Positions 39,681 to 54,663 are shown, counted from the first letter of the stretch. The stretch: DNA of 64,000 nucleotides from Octopus vulgaris (GCA_951406725.2 OX597828.1:5208001-5272000); one strand, 5' to 3'. Translations and numbers: made by a program. The notes: generated from the letters alone by a model not told the origin.

Positions 39681-41874
39681 ATCTAAATTCAAATGTCTCC
39701 GAAATTAAATTTGTCTTCAATCGATTAGGGAAGAGGTGGAAAGAAATGATATACCACGACCGACCCATGACAAATTGGTGCATTTTGCCTTCGTTGGATA
39801 TAAATATTAATGAGTGGTGGATTGGAAAAATTATTAAAACATCAAGAAAAATATCTTGCGGTAGTTCTTCTCCCCCTATATGTCGTTAGTTCAAAATTGA
39901 CCGGGGTCAACTTTAATTTTCATCTGTTCGATGACGTTAAAATACAGTACTCGTCAAGTACTGGGTCCAACCTAAATAAGTAGCCATTCCCGTTAAGATA
40001 GTTGGCCGAATGCCTAAATTAGAAATTATTTAAAAATGAATTCTCTCCAGTCACCAAGTCTATTGTCCGTAAAATGAAATATCTAGTTGTCTGGCGGAAA
40101 GAAATCAATGTTAAATCTGGCAATGTATGTTGAAGACATCGCAATTTCTTTTTTATCGAATATTTCATTAATTTAATAGTGTGTATGTTACATAATACAT
40201 TAAACACATCTTACACTGGCAAACTTTTAAGTACACCTCATATGACTCGGTGTAGAGTTTTACATTACAAGGTGTTACATTAGACCTGCTTGATTATTGA
40301 AAGCACCAGAATCATTTCCTGAATTCTTCAATAATTGAGGAAAAGAGAGGGAGCGATACATACAGTTATGTTCATTCTCTATTCATCGCATTATAGAAAT
40401 TATATTGAATGTCCACACAACTATTCACATGATACTTATTGCTTTATCAATGGAGTATTTAATACAATACTCGCTTCCTTTCATTAGGAACAGTGTTTAT
40501 ATGAAATATATTCAAAACATTAAAAGCAGATACCAGTTCATTCACACTGAAATATTGTATATTCTGTTTTCAAAATCCTTTTCAAAACAGGTTGGCTTGA
40601 ATTTAAATATTATCATATTATTACGTATACTATATACTCAATAACTGCTTGAAAATCTTATAAATTTAAGCTACTAATGTAATATGGATGGTAGATGGCT
40701 TTATTCGATATAGATTCTTTCGTTTAGTACTTAGTTCAAATACTTTTTTGCAATAGTTTCTATTTTAAATGCATAAATATAAATACGAAATAAGCTCAGG
40801 ATGTAGAGACTATAAATTAAATATTCATACTACTTTCAGAATTTACCATCCATCTCAATCAAAACTTCCATTTCTATTTGAAATAAATATGTATTAATAT
40901 GTCTGAAAAAAATTGAGCTGAATATTAGATATCATAGAATAAGTCATAGCATTCTATGCTTCAAATATTCCGTAATTTATAAGATAAACTACCACAACGA
41001 ATGAGAACTTATACTGACATACAATTAGTGCTGAAACCCTTGTCCTTTCAGACATTTGTAACGCATCTTTTAAAGACCGATTTCATAGAGTAAATTAATA
41101 ATTTCTCGTTTATGAATCTGAGTAACGGAGCGATTTCGATTCGTAGAAAGAGACTTGTGTTTGTGGTAAATACGCATTTTCAAATAATCTCGTTTGTTTT
41201 GTGACTGTTAAATTGTTTAACATCCTTCCATATTTTTTCTTGTACATAAATGGTGCAGAATCAAATATAATGACGTATTGTTAACTACTTATGGATCATT
41301 TTGTGACAGCAGGCATCAGTTTAGAGCGGTCAGACTGTATTGTACTGAACACATATATAGGCACATTCTATATCAAATGTTCAGTTTCCGAATTTGTCGT
41401 GTTTTTCCCACCACCGATTTGAATCACCAGTAGGTATCTTTCACAAAACATGTAAATTAGCAAGTTCAAAAATAATGTTCATTTCTTCATCTGGTTTCAC
41501 TTATGTCAACATTGTGCCTCACCTCCTTTATAGAAAGTGACTAAATATATACATATTGGTATATGTTTTGCGGAAACTTAATTTCCCGAGCTGCTTTTGA
41601 ACATGAAGAATGATAAAACCGGTGTAAATATTCCGGAACATTACCATTTGTTGACCATTTTGTAGTATTCTGCCCTAGATTATCTCGGATTCATGAAAAG
41701 TGTGGTATTCCGTTCGATCTTAGTAGGAAGTAGAAAACAGCTCTTCAGGAAGTTGTTGAATATGTTTTTAACAAAAAGAAAATTTCTTGAGATACCAGCA
41801 TAATTTCAAAACAGAAACCCCTCAAGCAAATACTCCCACCACAAGGATATATATATATATATATATACATACAT

Positions 41875-41912
<38 letters not shown>

Positions 41913-42149
41913 GCATACAAATCTATTAATAAATGGGTCAATATCATAATATTTAAAAGCCCATCACACACATACCCACTCACACATACATACATACATA
42001 CATACATACATACATACATACATACATACATAGATACATACATACATACATACATACATACATACGTATGTGTGTATATATATATCAGAGGTAAATTTGT
42101 TGGTATGAATGTTTAGCATGATACAGGTCGTAGAATATACCCTGTGATC

Positions 42150-43067
42150 TCTGTTATTCATGCAAACTAGATGACTTCGTGGTTAGGCTACTTTTGAAAG
42201 TTTTAAGAGAAAGAGATTATAGCTGCAATAAAATAAGGAAGAAGGCATTTTCTGTACGAGTGACTACTATTAGACAAATTAAGGAGACAGAAGTAAATTA
42301 GATCGAGCCATATCAGAAAAGTTTTGCAAAATGAGTATCATGTATTTAAACATTATACACCGACAAGCATAAAACCAGCATGGCATCACGAAGCTAACAA
42401 AAATTAGTGTGTACCGTGCATGTGTACTGACACCGCTCCTTTACTCATGTGAGACATAAACTCTTTACAAACGTCATGTAATTGTCCTTGAATGCTTTCA
42501 TCAGAGATGTCTCAGACACATTCTGAATGTCGGCAGGACCTTAAAAGCTCCAGACACACAGGTCCTGAGGACAGCTGAAAGCTAGTGTACTGAGGTGATC
42601 GTGCAGAAGCACCGGATATGTTAAACTGGACATCTTATTAGAATGAAGGATAGCAGGATCCCTAAGCAGATGCTATATGGAGAACTTGTGAATGGAAAGA
42701 GACCCCAGCAGAAACCAAGGCTGCGATTTAAGGACTGAATCAAATCATCATTAAAGGCCAGTGATATGCAGGAGACTGACTGGGAGAGCAATGCCTGTCA
42801 TTGCCACATATGGAGGAAGCGGTTAAAGAGGGGGTCGACACTTTTGAGAGAGTATGTACTCTGCATGAAGAACTTAAGCGTGCTACTTGAAAGCGCACTG
42901 CTGGTGTGTGAATGGGGAAAGCTTGGCTTGCAGTCGTGTATGCTTGCCAAGAGCAAGGCTCATTAGCCACCAACGGAACCGCAATTACAAAATATAAGTT
43001 AGTTCTAGAGCGCACAATGTTCCTGAAGGTCAGCAATGGTCTACCTCGGTATCGAGTGGACGGCCAC

Positions 43068-43069
<2 letters not shown>
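42150..43069 (+). mobile_element. RTE-clade LINE 3' fragment
   Basis: TKISVYRACVLTPLLYSCET, ECFHQRCLRHIL, and GHLIRMKDSRIPKQMLYGELVNGKRPQQKPRLRFKD. Confidence 0.9.
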
Positions 43070-43115
<46 letters not shown>

Positions 43116-43116
<1 letters not shown>

Positions 43117-43787
43117 TAGCAGTATCGCCCGGCGTTGCTCGGGTTTGTAAGGGAAATAACTATATAAGCATTTTTAGAGAGTTATAGCAAAATAATAGCA
43201 AAAAAATGCATTAAAAATGGAATAAAAAATGATGGTAATTTTTTTTTTAAATCGTTGACTCATCGTAGACATTTTTAGAGAGTTACTTCCCTTATATAAT
43301 AGCACACAAAAATGCATTAAAATGGAAAAAATGTTGGCAAATGTTTTTTTATAATCGTAGACTCATGTAGACGCTATATATTAGCCATTTCTGTTTTGGT
43401 GTCTTATAAGCCATGAAGTCGTTGTTCTAAAAGAACGCTGGTCTCCTTGACAACGCATTACGACGTTGATTTCTTTACACTCCCTTCCCCACAGCTTCAC
43501 GAGGGAGGGGAGAAGCAACACAGGTGCAGCTGTGAGCGTGGACGCCAACTCCACCGCCATCGACACACGAAAAATTATGCATTAAAATGGAATAAAAAAT
43601 GATGTTAAATTATTTTTAAAATCGTAGACTCATCGTAGACGCGCGCTAATAGCCAGACGGGCTTGATATGAATCACGACTATAAGATACCCGAATTTGGT
43701 TAAACTGCACCGCAAAATGTGGGAGTAGTTAGGAATCTAAATCGATGGGGACAGACACTTACACAACTACAGTTTTATATATATAGA
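43116..43787 (-). mobile_element. Non-autonomous Helitron
   Basis: Minus strand starts TC(TATATATATAAAA) and ends with hairpin CCCGAGCAACGCCGGG followed by CTAG. It sits between A and T with no TSD and carries three internal ~70-bp repeats. Confidence 0.88.
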
Positions 43788-43967
43788 TATATCTAAATAT
43801 ATATATATATATTACATACACATATATTGAAAGAGAAAAAATTAGACGAAAACTGCAAATGGAAAGGTGGACGTAAAACAAACGGAACTTATATTTGAAC
43901 ACTATACAAATATTCTTTTAAAAACACTTTTCTTTTAATTTTTCTAAATTCAATTATTTAATAGCTA

Positions 43968-44004
43968 CAGTTGAAAAGGTCTCAAACAGCCGAAACCGGT
44001 ACTG
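43968..44004 (+). ncRNA. Degenerate minimal hammerhead motif
   Basis: CAG-TTGAAAA-GG(..)CC-GAAAC-CG-GTA-CTG. Stem I and palindromic stem III are intact; the core has two substitutions. Confidence 0.55.
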
Positions 44005-44049
44005 AAATGTTCTTTATAAAATTATTTTAGCATTTTCTATCTTGACTTG

Positions 44050-44116
<67 letters not shown>

Positions 44117-44528
44117 CACACACAGAAGCACATATATCAATGTATATATAATGTGCATGTGTGTGTGTAAGTGCTATGTGTAAGTATGCATATATGCATA
44201 TACATGTAAACCTTTTATATGAAATGCGTTTCTTGGTGTATTAGTGTATTTAAGCCTGTGTGTGTGAGTGCATGAGTATGTTTACGTATATGTGCGTGTA
44301 TGTGTGTGTTTGTTTTATGCATAAAAACACATCACGTTTACACACGCTCATATGCACATGTTGGTAAATCTGCGTTGTTGTATAAGCTATACCTTCTTCT
44401 TCTTCTTCTTCTTCTTCTTCTTCTTCTTCTTCTTCTTCTTCGTTTCTTCTTCTTCTCCTCCTTTATTTATATAAACTTATAGAAATGCCTACACATATTT
44501 TGTAACGACGGTCTTAGATGTATATACG

Positions 44529-44641
<113 letters not shown>

Positions 44642-45114
44642 CTGCTCATATTTAGTTCATCATGATAGGAGTATGGTATTCTCTGTGGTCCTGTGGTATC
44701 GATCTGCTCAGTTTTATTTCAAAGCAGTATGCTATTCATGATTATATTGTAATGCAAAACATTTATGAAACTTGAATATTCTTTAAACTCTATTAGTGGA
44801 CATTAACATGTGCCCTGTCTTCAATCAAATACCACAGCAGAGAAGAGAAGATGATATTGTTATATGCTTCTATAACATATATGATAAACAACTGCATTTT
44901 TTATATATGCGAAATTAGTGAAATTGTGACTGCTAATGGCTATCAGAGTAATTATAATGTATTTACATTTTCTAATTTCAGCTCATAGAAACTAGTATTG
45001 AACGGCGACTGTTTCCTTGTTCAGCCACCATGATTAGATCAATAAGTTCTGCTACGCCATTGGAAAATTTTATACCATATTTGCTTTATAATATTCAAGC
45101 TTCTGAAGTATACG

Positions 45115-45209
<95 letters not shown>

Positions 45210-47801
45210 TTACATAATTAGACTATAACACAAGAGGTGGAGAAAGATGCAGACCATGCGAAACATGCTAATTGTTTACATAACTGTTGTTGTTTGATTT
45301 ATACATGAAAGAAAAGCATCGAAGATCTGATTAGACCCAGTCATTATGAATGCCTTTGGGTAAAACAATAAAAATACAATAGGCAATCTAACAAAAGCTG
45401 GCTATTATATCGATCAAACCAAATGATTGAACAATATATTGATGAAATGGTTATCAAGAGATCAAACGGTGTCGCTCCAAAATAACCAACAGAGTGTGAA
45501 AGAAAACAAAATTAGATATGGATAACAAACGAACAGCCGTTTCAGACAAAAAGCAAAAAACAAAAAAATTAATACCATATACCTTTGCAATTAATTATCC
45601 ACAAGGCAAAATGATTAGGCAATCAGAAATTTCATAGTGGAGGAAACAAAAACATTGATTTGTTTGATATTCTTGATATTTTGTTCTTACATGTATGTTA
45701 TGTATGTAGGCGCATGTTTCTCTATCGATTCGAAATATACAAACGTGGTTGTTTGCTCCAAAGACGTGCATTATATCGGCGGTTTGTTGTTTGTGCCGCG
45801 TATGTATGCGCATTTTCTCATTAATCAAGTCCATATACAATGCGAGAATACAGACATAAATATGTTCATAAACACACATATACATTATAGAATCATACAT
45901 GCACACATGTATTCATATACACACACATACACAAGCACACACACAAATATATATATAGACATACATATTTAGTTAAATATACATACATATGTGTGTGTGT
46001 GTGTGTGCGTGTGTGCGTACGTGCATGTGTGTTTCCGTAAATATATGTCTGTACACGTGTGTGCATATATGCAAGTATGGAAGTATTGTTTGGATCCTAA
46101 TACTAAATAGTGGCTATGATGGCGACTTGCTAACAATGTAATTCCAAGTTTGCTGTTTTTGTAGAAAATAAAAATGTTTGAAGTTTTGAAATTATATTTT
46201 GATTAATCCGCCATTTATTTTTTTTATGCGATTTTATTATCTGATGTTCTGTGTGTGGAATATGACAATAGATTGCAATCTTGAAGATTACTTTATGGTC
46301 TACACAAAAGAAGTTTAAAAAATGTAAACTGAAGTAAACACAAACCACGAAAAGTATTAATATAACAATTAACTAATAGAAAATAACTTATGCTCAAAAA
46401 TTGAAGATTCACAGCAACAATGATATATTAATATTCGTATATGAAAAGATTAATTCTATAGTATTTGAAACATCAAACCTTTGGACCAAAGGGGAACATC
46501 AACTAAACAGATAATACAGATGCGTTCTGGGATAATTTAATGTGTCTAACCTTTAATGAGCATCAACAAAACAATTTCGGTCAATTGCATTATTGTGCGC
46601 TCATTTAGAATATATCAATTCTGCTTGGAGTATATACGCTGTGCAACATCACGAGCGATGTTAAAAGAATATATATCGTAACTTTTCGTCATTGCCAGTT
46701 CTATTCAAATCTGTTGTGTATAGCATGTATCAGTTATTGGATTTCGCTATTATCCGCGATAAGAATTAAATTTATATTACAAATCCCCAAGACAAAATTT
46801 ATTGAATAATTCAGCTATCACAGTGAAATTCTTTTCATAAAACATGATTAAGAATGAAAGGGTCTGTAAATTGAATATATATTGCATTAATAACGTAAGA
46901 ATATATTGATTTGTTTTATCTTTATGGATCACAGATAGAATCATTAAATTACCATGGTTGCGTATTAGCATATATATCAGTCATATATGTTCAGTAACCT
47001 TTAGCAGTCATACCACCTCTCCATTGCTTAACTTCTGGTCAGTAGACAATGCTCATTCGTTCGATTATACAAAGATCAAAAGGAACCATTATCGGTGCTA
47101 CTGTAACCAAAATTAATAATGTTCAGGAAACGTGGTGCAGGGGTGGGATTAGGGAAATATTATCAATACAGGATTCAGTCGAATTCACTGTGATAATTTA
47201 GTCTCCCGTTTATCGCATTATCATGTAGGTCACAGTTGCCTTCGCTGTGATATGATAAGTTATTTGTTTGTCTTATTCGGGCAGAAATATCAAAGTAAAG
47301 GAGAAACAGATTGGTTCATTAGGAAACTGGAAGAGATAACACCGTTAATATTTCTGGTAGAAGCCTTCACCATAGTACAAAGGAGTATTAAGAACATCCC
47401 GAAACAAAGAATTGTTCTAAGAATAAGCAGATCCAGCGTTAGAGTTAAAGATTAAAAACGGAGGCAGCGAGGGTACTTACTACTGGAATTGGTAATGGTG
47501 CTAGGCAGTTATTGAAATTGAAAATGAAGACAGGAGACAAGTAAAAGTTTCGAAAATAGATGGTAAAGTGCCTTACGGATAAATATGAGTTTTGGAAAAG
47601 AGAAAATAAGTTAGGTGTAATGGGAAGAGAAAACCTATGCATGCCACTCGATCTAATAGAAGCAGCCGCTAAATATTCCTCAAACATACTCTAAGAAGGA
47701 CCAGTAGACACTGTTATACTAGCTACTTTCAATTACTGCAAAGATTTTGATGATAGGCATCATCTATACACTGGTTTGACTACTACTACTACTGCTGCTA
47801 T

Positions 47802-47860
<59 letters not shown>

Positions 47861-48077
47861 ACATGACGATGACGACGACAATGAAGATGTCGAAGGAACA
47901 AAGCAGATAAGGAACACCCAGAAGTACATTATGAAATATATTATTCCAATGAAAATATCGTTTTATTTTTGTTTTACTTACTATATCTTTTTCGTGGATG
48001 AGAGCTATGTAAGATTTTGATAAAGAGGAACGAACACAAGGAATATCCCTGGATACAATCAAAGAGAGAGAGAGAGA

Positions 48078-48135
<58 letters not shown>

Positions 48136-48189
48136 AAACTTCGCAGAGACAATAAATGAATACTGGAAATTTCATAAAGAATAAAAAGT

Positions 48190-48900
48190 TTTGAATGGTA
48201 CAACAATGCACTATAATAGAAGCAATGGACTATATACCTGTTGTAATTTAGTCATCCATAGTCTAATGATATTTCCGAGTAAAATTCCTTCTTCAGATAT
48301 TCTTAGATGGAGTCGCTGCTATAATCGGTTTTCCAACGGCTTTTCTTTTTTCGGAAGCGCCTCAGCATTGGTCTCACGAAGCTCCTTCCGGAATTTCTCA
48401 TGAGAAGTGCGTGAGGTCGGCCACATCTCAATCTCGTGTAGCGCTGCTTTTAAGTTATGTACTGTACGTATAGCTTCCATTTTCCTCCGTCTCTTTTCGC
48501 TTCTCTTTTTTTTTTGGTTATAAACAATATATGAGCATATCAAAAATGAACCTACACGCATCCAGATGTAGCTAAATAATATATTGATTACCAACCTCCA
48601 GCCTGTTGTTAATTTGGAGCCCTAGTCTGTGTATGAGTATAGCTTCCTTAATTCTTAAATTACCCAAATTCTTTCATTGGCCTCAATTGTGACTGTTATG
48701 CTTTTGTCGGTGTTTCGGCATCTGACTAGATGTTTTCCGAAGGAGGAGGCTCTCTTGTTCAGATGTTCTTTGATGCGGACATGTAACGGTCTTGTGCTAC
48801 CCACATAGAACTTGTTGCATTTGTTACATTGTATTCTATACAAAACATTTACCCGTTGGCATAAATCTGTGTCACCCTCATTTAACAAACTGTCCCGTCC
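48190..48900 (-). mobile_element. Penelope-like element: GIY-YIG endonuclease end plus downstream region
   Basis: CQRVNVLYRIQCNKCNKFYVGSTRPLHVRIKEHL...H and, frameshifted, LRIKEAILIHRLGLQINNR. It is followed by a new ORF start (MEAIRTV...), as in partial-tandem PLEs. Confidence 0.85.
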
Positions 48901-49039
48901 GTGACACAGATTTAGCTAAAATGTTAGCATTTTCTGTCAGCAGTTAGTGAGCTTAGCAACGTGGGTAGTAAATCTAAGGTATCATAAATCGTCGTATATC
49001 ATTCATATCATCGAATCGCTCCTCAAATGCAATAGAGTA

Positions 49040-49205
49040 ACGGGCTGGCAGAATCGCTAGGGCAGGTGATAGGATGGCTCAAAGCGTTCGTTCTGCTTCT
49101 ATGCGCTTTAATTCCGAATAGCATAGTCAAATTGTCTTTCATAGTCATATTGTCTTTCCGGGGTCAAATTGTATTTCACTCTATTGTGATTGATAGGATT
49201 CGATT
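49040..49205 (+). mobile_element. SINE family A, degenerate
   Basis: gggctggcagaatcgctag head. Confidence 0.55.
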
Positions 49206-49699
49206 ACTAATTTCAATGGCATTCTCTCGCCTCTCTCTTTATCTCGCGCTCTCTCTCTCCCTATACACACACACTGACACACTGACACACACTCACACAC
49301 AGACACACACACACACACGCACACACACATACACAAGAACATACACTCGCGCACATAGTAATATCAGTTTATGTGTGTGGGAATCTTTGTGGTGCGTGGG
49401 TCGTACTAGCCATACAAATTAGAAATGTGTGTCACATTCACTCTACTTACACATATCTGAGGAATATTCGGGCGTTTACACATTAATTTGTTCAGTAAAG
49501 ATTCAGTTGATCGAACATCATGGTGATCATCATCAACACATTGGGAGGATCCACTACAAGTTGATTGGATATTGATTAAAGGTTGCTTTGAAACAAACAT
49601 CTTTTACAGAACAAATATATTCCAAATGTTATGCCAAAAGAAATTTCCAAATATATCGGAAAATATATGCATTTTTCTTTCTAAATAAAAGAACATTTC

Positions 49700-49734
<35 letters not shown>

Positions 49735-50852
49735 GTACACCGGCACACTGAGGCATACTGAGACTCATATATATATACATACATGCGTACACACACACAC
49801 ATATATACATACATACATACATACATACATACATACATAGCGCAAAAACAAGTATGCATATATATAAATATAAATTATTGGGCTTTTTCGTTTGCATGTG
49901 TAAAAACGGAGATTATGCTTAATGTTATTTCATAAGGATACGCATACGTATGAGAATGTGCATGTATACGTATTTAGTTACATACCTAAAATATATTTAT
50001 GTAAAGACACAAATTCAAATATATGTGAGAATGAGGTTGTATGACGTTTACATACATGCACACATTCACACTCTCACAAATATGCAAACGCGCGTATAAT
50101 TAAAAAAAAACACCTCAATACCCGAGTGAAATCATATAGGACATTGTATACTTTGTGATTTGGTGCATAACAATTTGTAAACAACTATCTGCTTCCTTCA
50201 TACATCTGACATTGCCTAGACAGTATTATTTACAGATATATTGTTTCTTTCTTTCAAAGTGTTGTTCTTTCCGATTTTCTATATTATTTCAATTATTTCT
50301 TCCATTGCTATTTTTGCGGTAAATAGTCTGCTACCATTTTCTTCAGGAACTTTTGAATTAGTTTCCATGTAATAGATATGAAAAATAACAGTTAAGATTT
50401 ATTTTGGCTGTTCTTCATCCAAAATAATAAGGAAATAATGAATAAAATACACTTTAGTTCTGATTACTCAATCGGTAATGAATTTTGGAACATTGAAAAT
50501 ACGAACTGATTGGCAGAAATTAGATGCTCGGTTTGATGATTACAAACTCAAATAATTACAATAGAACTTAACCATAGAAGAATTGAAGTGGTAGGAAGGA
50601 AAACATGTATGTGAAATTTGTTTTGATATATGCGTCATCATGTACTAGAGATATGATTCGAATATATATATATATATTTTGCCTTTGTTATCATTAGTGT
50701 CTTTAGTTAAGAAACAAACCCGGGAAGCTAGAAGCATAAGTGCTCGCTCGGACGCGAGAAAAAAGTTTCAGAATCTTTTTGGAATAAGTGTCTACCATCT
50801 TAAAATAGAATGTTTAGTCCAGGGTTACACGAAACTATTAGAAATTCCGGAA

Positions 50853-50884
50853 GCGGTAGCAACAGCAGTAACGGTAGCAGCAGC

Positions 50885-50917
<33 letters not shown>

Positions 50918-50929
50918 AGCAGCAGCAGC

Positions 50930-51007
<78 letters not shown>

Positions 51008-51010
51008 AGT
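50853..51010. repeat. (GCA)n-(GTA)n-(GTC)n compound microsatellite
   Basis: Directly visible. Confidence 0.95.
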
Positions 51011-52290
51011 TTAGCCCCAAGTGAACTTGAACTATCCAAATCTGAAGGTTCGGTGTGTTATGTAACCAAGATGCGCTGTATTATATTGGCAGTCCAGCTC
51101 TTGTCCATTCGTGATTAAGAAAGCCAATAAGGAGATCCTTTCATCTATGATACCGCTGTCACTTTTCAGGTTTGTGTATATAGAATATGGTCGTTGATGT
51201 GTCTTTTTTAAGCATTCCCTTCGACGCTTTAGAATGTCTTTCATGATGGGGCATCTGAACGAGAGTTAACTGGAGGCTATTCAACAATAGCATCTACCAG
51301 TACCAATACGCTAGGTAAATCAAATAGCCAGATGTGGCAAAATGGTGAAGTCGCTTATGTTCGAAGTCACGGAACTCTGGTTGAAAACTAAGAATAGTAA
51401 GGCCCAGATCCTTCAATCACACTATGCCAAACCCATGCCCTCTCAATACCTGGTCCACAAGAATACAGGCATTGCAGACAACGCCAGTTTCAATATCTAA
51501 ATAGCAGACTGGGTGAGAGTGAGGAGGAATGTGTCCCGCATGTGAGACCCAACGCAACTGGAAAGACGCATACAACACTTCATCCGTCGCATGCATTTCT
51601 CCGGCTACACCCGAAGAGATAGGATTAAAGTATTCAAAGGAGCCAGGTCTAAATACAAGGCCATCATAGACAAAGACACAAATGGGATCTGCCCGTTATG
51701 CAGGAGTAAATCCTGGAACAGCATATAAAGGGCCTAGGAGAAGATAGATATGTCCAATTGTTTAAAATAAGCATTAGATAAGGTAAATCTACGGATTAAC
51801 GTAATGGACAGATCCCCATGCACGGAGAACAATTGTTTAGTATGCAAGATGAACCCACAGGTTAACTGTAAGATTAGGAATGTAGTCTATTGCTAACGAT
51901 TTACTGAGGCATGGAGCAAAAATAAGGCAACAACTTACATTGGAGAGGAGGCTGGTAGCATAAGGGAACGGATGGGTAACTACTGGCGGGAGCTCAAAGA
52001 GGAGAAAAACTCGTCAGTTCTGTACCAACATGCTCAACTAGGACATAGAGGCTCGGTTGATAATATAGAGGTTAAGGTATTGCCAACGCATGGAATAGAC
52101 ACGACACTTAAATAGATTACAGTGGCCAAACACATAGTAATAGACAGACCGAACCTCAACGGAATTCATGAATGGAAGAATAAGACCCCTTACCAACACA
52201 CCACGCAAAACGAGGAATGAAGACAGAAGGAAAAAAGACATCGATGTAAACAGTAAAATACATAAACCCATGTATATACACAAAAATACA
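51011..52290 (+). mobile_element. Degraded Penelope-like element (RT remnants plus GIY-YIG)
   Basis: VIKKANK (KADKG-like), KPMPSQYLVHKNT, RMHFSGY, NVVY...TYIGEEAGSIRERM...SVLYQH; homologous to 57050-57500. Confidence 0.75.
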
Positions 52291-53040
52291 CTAAGTAAAC
52301 AAATGACAAAAAATGAGGAAAATATATAAAGAGTACGGATAGATATAATATAGTAAGCAAACTCTTATACACACACAAAAAAAAACACATATAGACACGC
52401 ATACACAAACGCACACCCACACGTACGCATGCGTACACATAATATTTGTGTTTCTTATGTTACAAAAAGAAGCGGTCTCTATACTATTTCCAGAAACGAT
52501 GAAGATGAAACATTTTACCTGTCTGTGTAAAGAGAATATTTTCCATAATTTATGCATAGATGTTTGCTCGGATAATACATTTTTATTCTTCCTTCTTAGT
52601 AAGTGGAAGTTTAGAAAATACAAATAATAAAAAAATTATGAATAAAATGATATTCTTGTTTTCTGTTGCGGATAAAATTATTTGTGTCATGTTGTTTCGG
52701 CTTGAGAATAGCGATAAAGTTACACTTATCTGCAGAATATACAAGCGTTTACACATTAATTTTTTGAGTAAAGATAAATTTAGTCGAGCATCAGCTTGTT
52801 CATCATTGACACATAAAATGAATTCGAACTTATGTTGTACAGAGGAAACAAAGCTATATGTTTAAAGTTGTATTGTATTCTGTAAATGAACCGTCTTCAA
52901 AGGAGTCCCCCTCTGGACCAAATGCAGCGTTTTGTAGTTTACATCATTAAACTCTTTAAAAAAAATATTAAGATTTTGTTTTCATTTGTGCAACTTTTTT
53001 TAACACCAACAAATAGTTTTGTATTCATACATCTTAACAG

Positions 53041-53115
53041 GTTTCGGCGCTTCTTTTCGGAAGTGGAAAGTTAGGTGACACTGTGAGCAGTAGTAACCAT
53101 GATATATTAATAATT
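53041..53115 (+). CDS. Candidate internal exon (phase 0-0) of an unidentified host gene
   Basis: Acceptor ttcatacatcttaacag, consensus donor GTAAGT, and 75 nt open: VSALLFGSGKLGDTVSSSNHDILII. Confidence 0.35.
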
Positions 53116-54475
53116 GTAAGTGTCTTTCACTCGTGAGTTGATGTCGCTTCACCTACTTTTGAGGCATGCTGTGTTTTTAAACATTGAACGTTTTTAGATG
53201 AGTTTTCTCAGGTCAAAATACTGCAGATGCATAGAATATACTAACACACACATACATTAAATATCAGCGCAGATTGAGTGATACGTTATCTTTCTAAATC
53301 CAGGTAGGAGTGGAGGTTGGTGGGGATAAATAAAAGGTAGTCTTCGGAGTAATTCGAACTAAGAAAGTGAAGAGCTAGATAATTGTTTCTCCAGGTTTTG
53401 ACGGTGTTCTAGCGATTCTGACGCTCATCGCCGGCACTTGCAAGTGATTGTAACATTATATAAATATGAAAAAAATAAACATCAGTATACATCAATTGCT
53501 TGTGGTATAATTACGGGTATTTGTCTTATGTCATATTTCTATGAAGTGTTAATAACATTATACACATGTAAGGAATATTAGGAAACTATTAATGGTTAAG
53601 TTCCTTATAATATCTAGTTGCCATATACATTCTGCTGGAGAATTCTGCAGTATTTCAAACAATTCATGTATTCATAAAATTATATAAGCGCATCAATTCT
53701 AGAGTAAAGAAGAAGATACTGTAAGCAAGCCAATCAAGCATAATTTAATATTCTTTACAATATATGTTCACACATCAAATGCATGAGAGGAACATCTAAT
53801 ATAGTGTAGAAAATGCCTGTGAAATACATAAATGTAAATATGTTTCAACGTTTACGATAGATAATAAAACTTACACACCGAACCGTAAAAAAATCTAGTT
53901 TATGATACCTTGGAATTTTATATCCATCGAAATTTATATCTTCACTGTCAACAGAAGGTTTGCTCATTTTCAGGTGCAGAAAAGAACGAAATTCTCTGAA
54001 ACATTTATAGTTTATGTGATAATGAAATAAATATTCAGCATAGGTTGAGTTGTGCTGTCAGTAGTGTTTCTGATATTAGCACAGAATTAAGGCCTAAGAG
54101 AGAATTAAACTATTATCTTCTGGTTCATTGCACGTTTAAATTTTGTTAAGATTTTTTTCTCAAACTGACGGCAAGATTGTGAATGTTAAAATAGTGAATA
54201 CTGTTTATCTACAACTTCTTTTAGATTGAGGTCACTATTAGTAACTTCAATACTGCTACGGTAATTTTAGCAGCGCCACATTTTCAAAGCAGATTTTAAA
54301 AGAGCAAAACCATTTTTGTTGGATTTATTACAAATTCAATCATCCAAGTTGTATCACGAGTTATATTTATGCACAAGTCTTAGAGTTTGATGTAGAAGTC
54401 GGTTCCATTTGCATTTGAATACAGAAAGTGAAGGGATGTTATAAAAGCAGACCTTTGTTGATCCTATTCTGTCAG

Positions 54476-54618
54476 GCATTGAGTCACGCTGTGATGGCTG
54501 CAAATACTGAGATCTATCTCAGCGGTAAAAAAGATAAATTTTCTTTGGATGTAAATTCAACTGATGTCATCCGGGAATTAATATCAAATCAGTTAACTAA
54601 TTTCCAAGAACATCAAAG
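54476..54618 (+). CDS. Candidate internal exon (phase 0-2), frame-compatible with 53041-53115
   Basis: Acceptor cctattctgtcag, donor AAG|GTACGC; open only in phase 0: ALSHAVMAANTEIYLSGKKDKFSLDVNSTDVIRELISNQLTNFQEHQ(R). Confidence 0.38.
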
Positions 54619-54663
54619 GTACGCGAGTATACACACACAAACACACAAACACACACACACACA

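Noticed and set aside
50679-51118. Poly-A/V, poly-S and poly-L ORFs
   Set aside because: Compound trinucleotide microsatellite.
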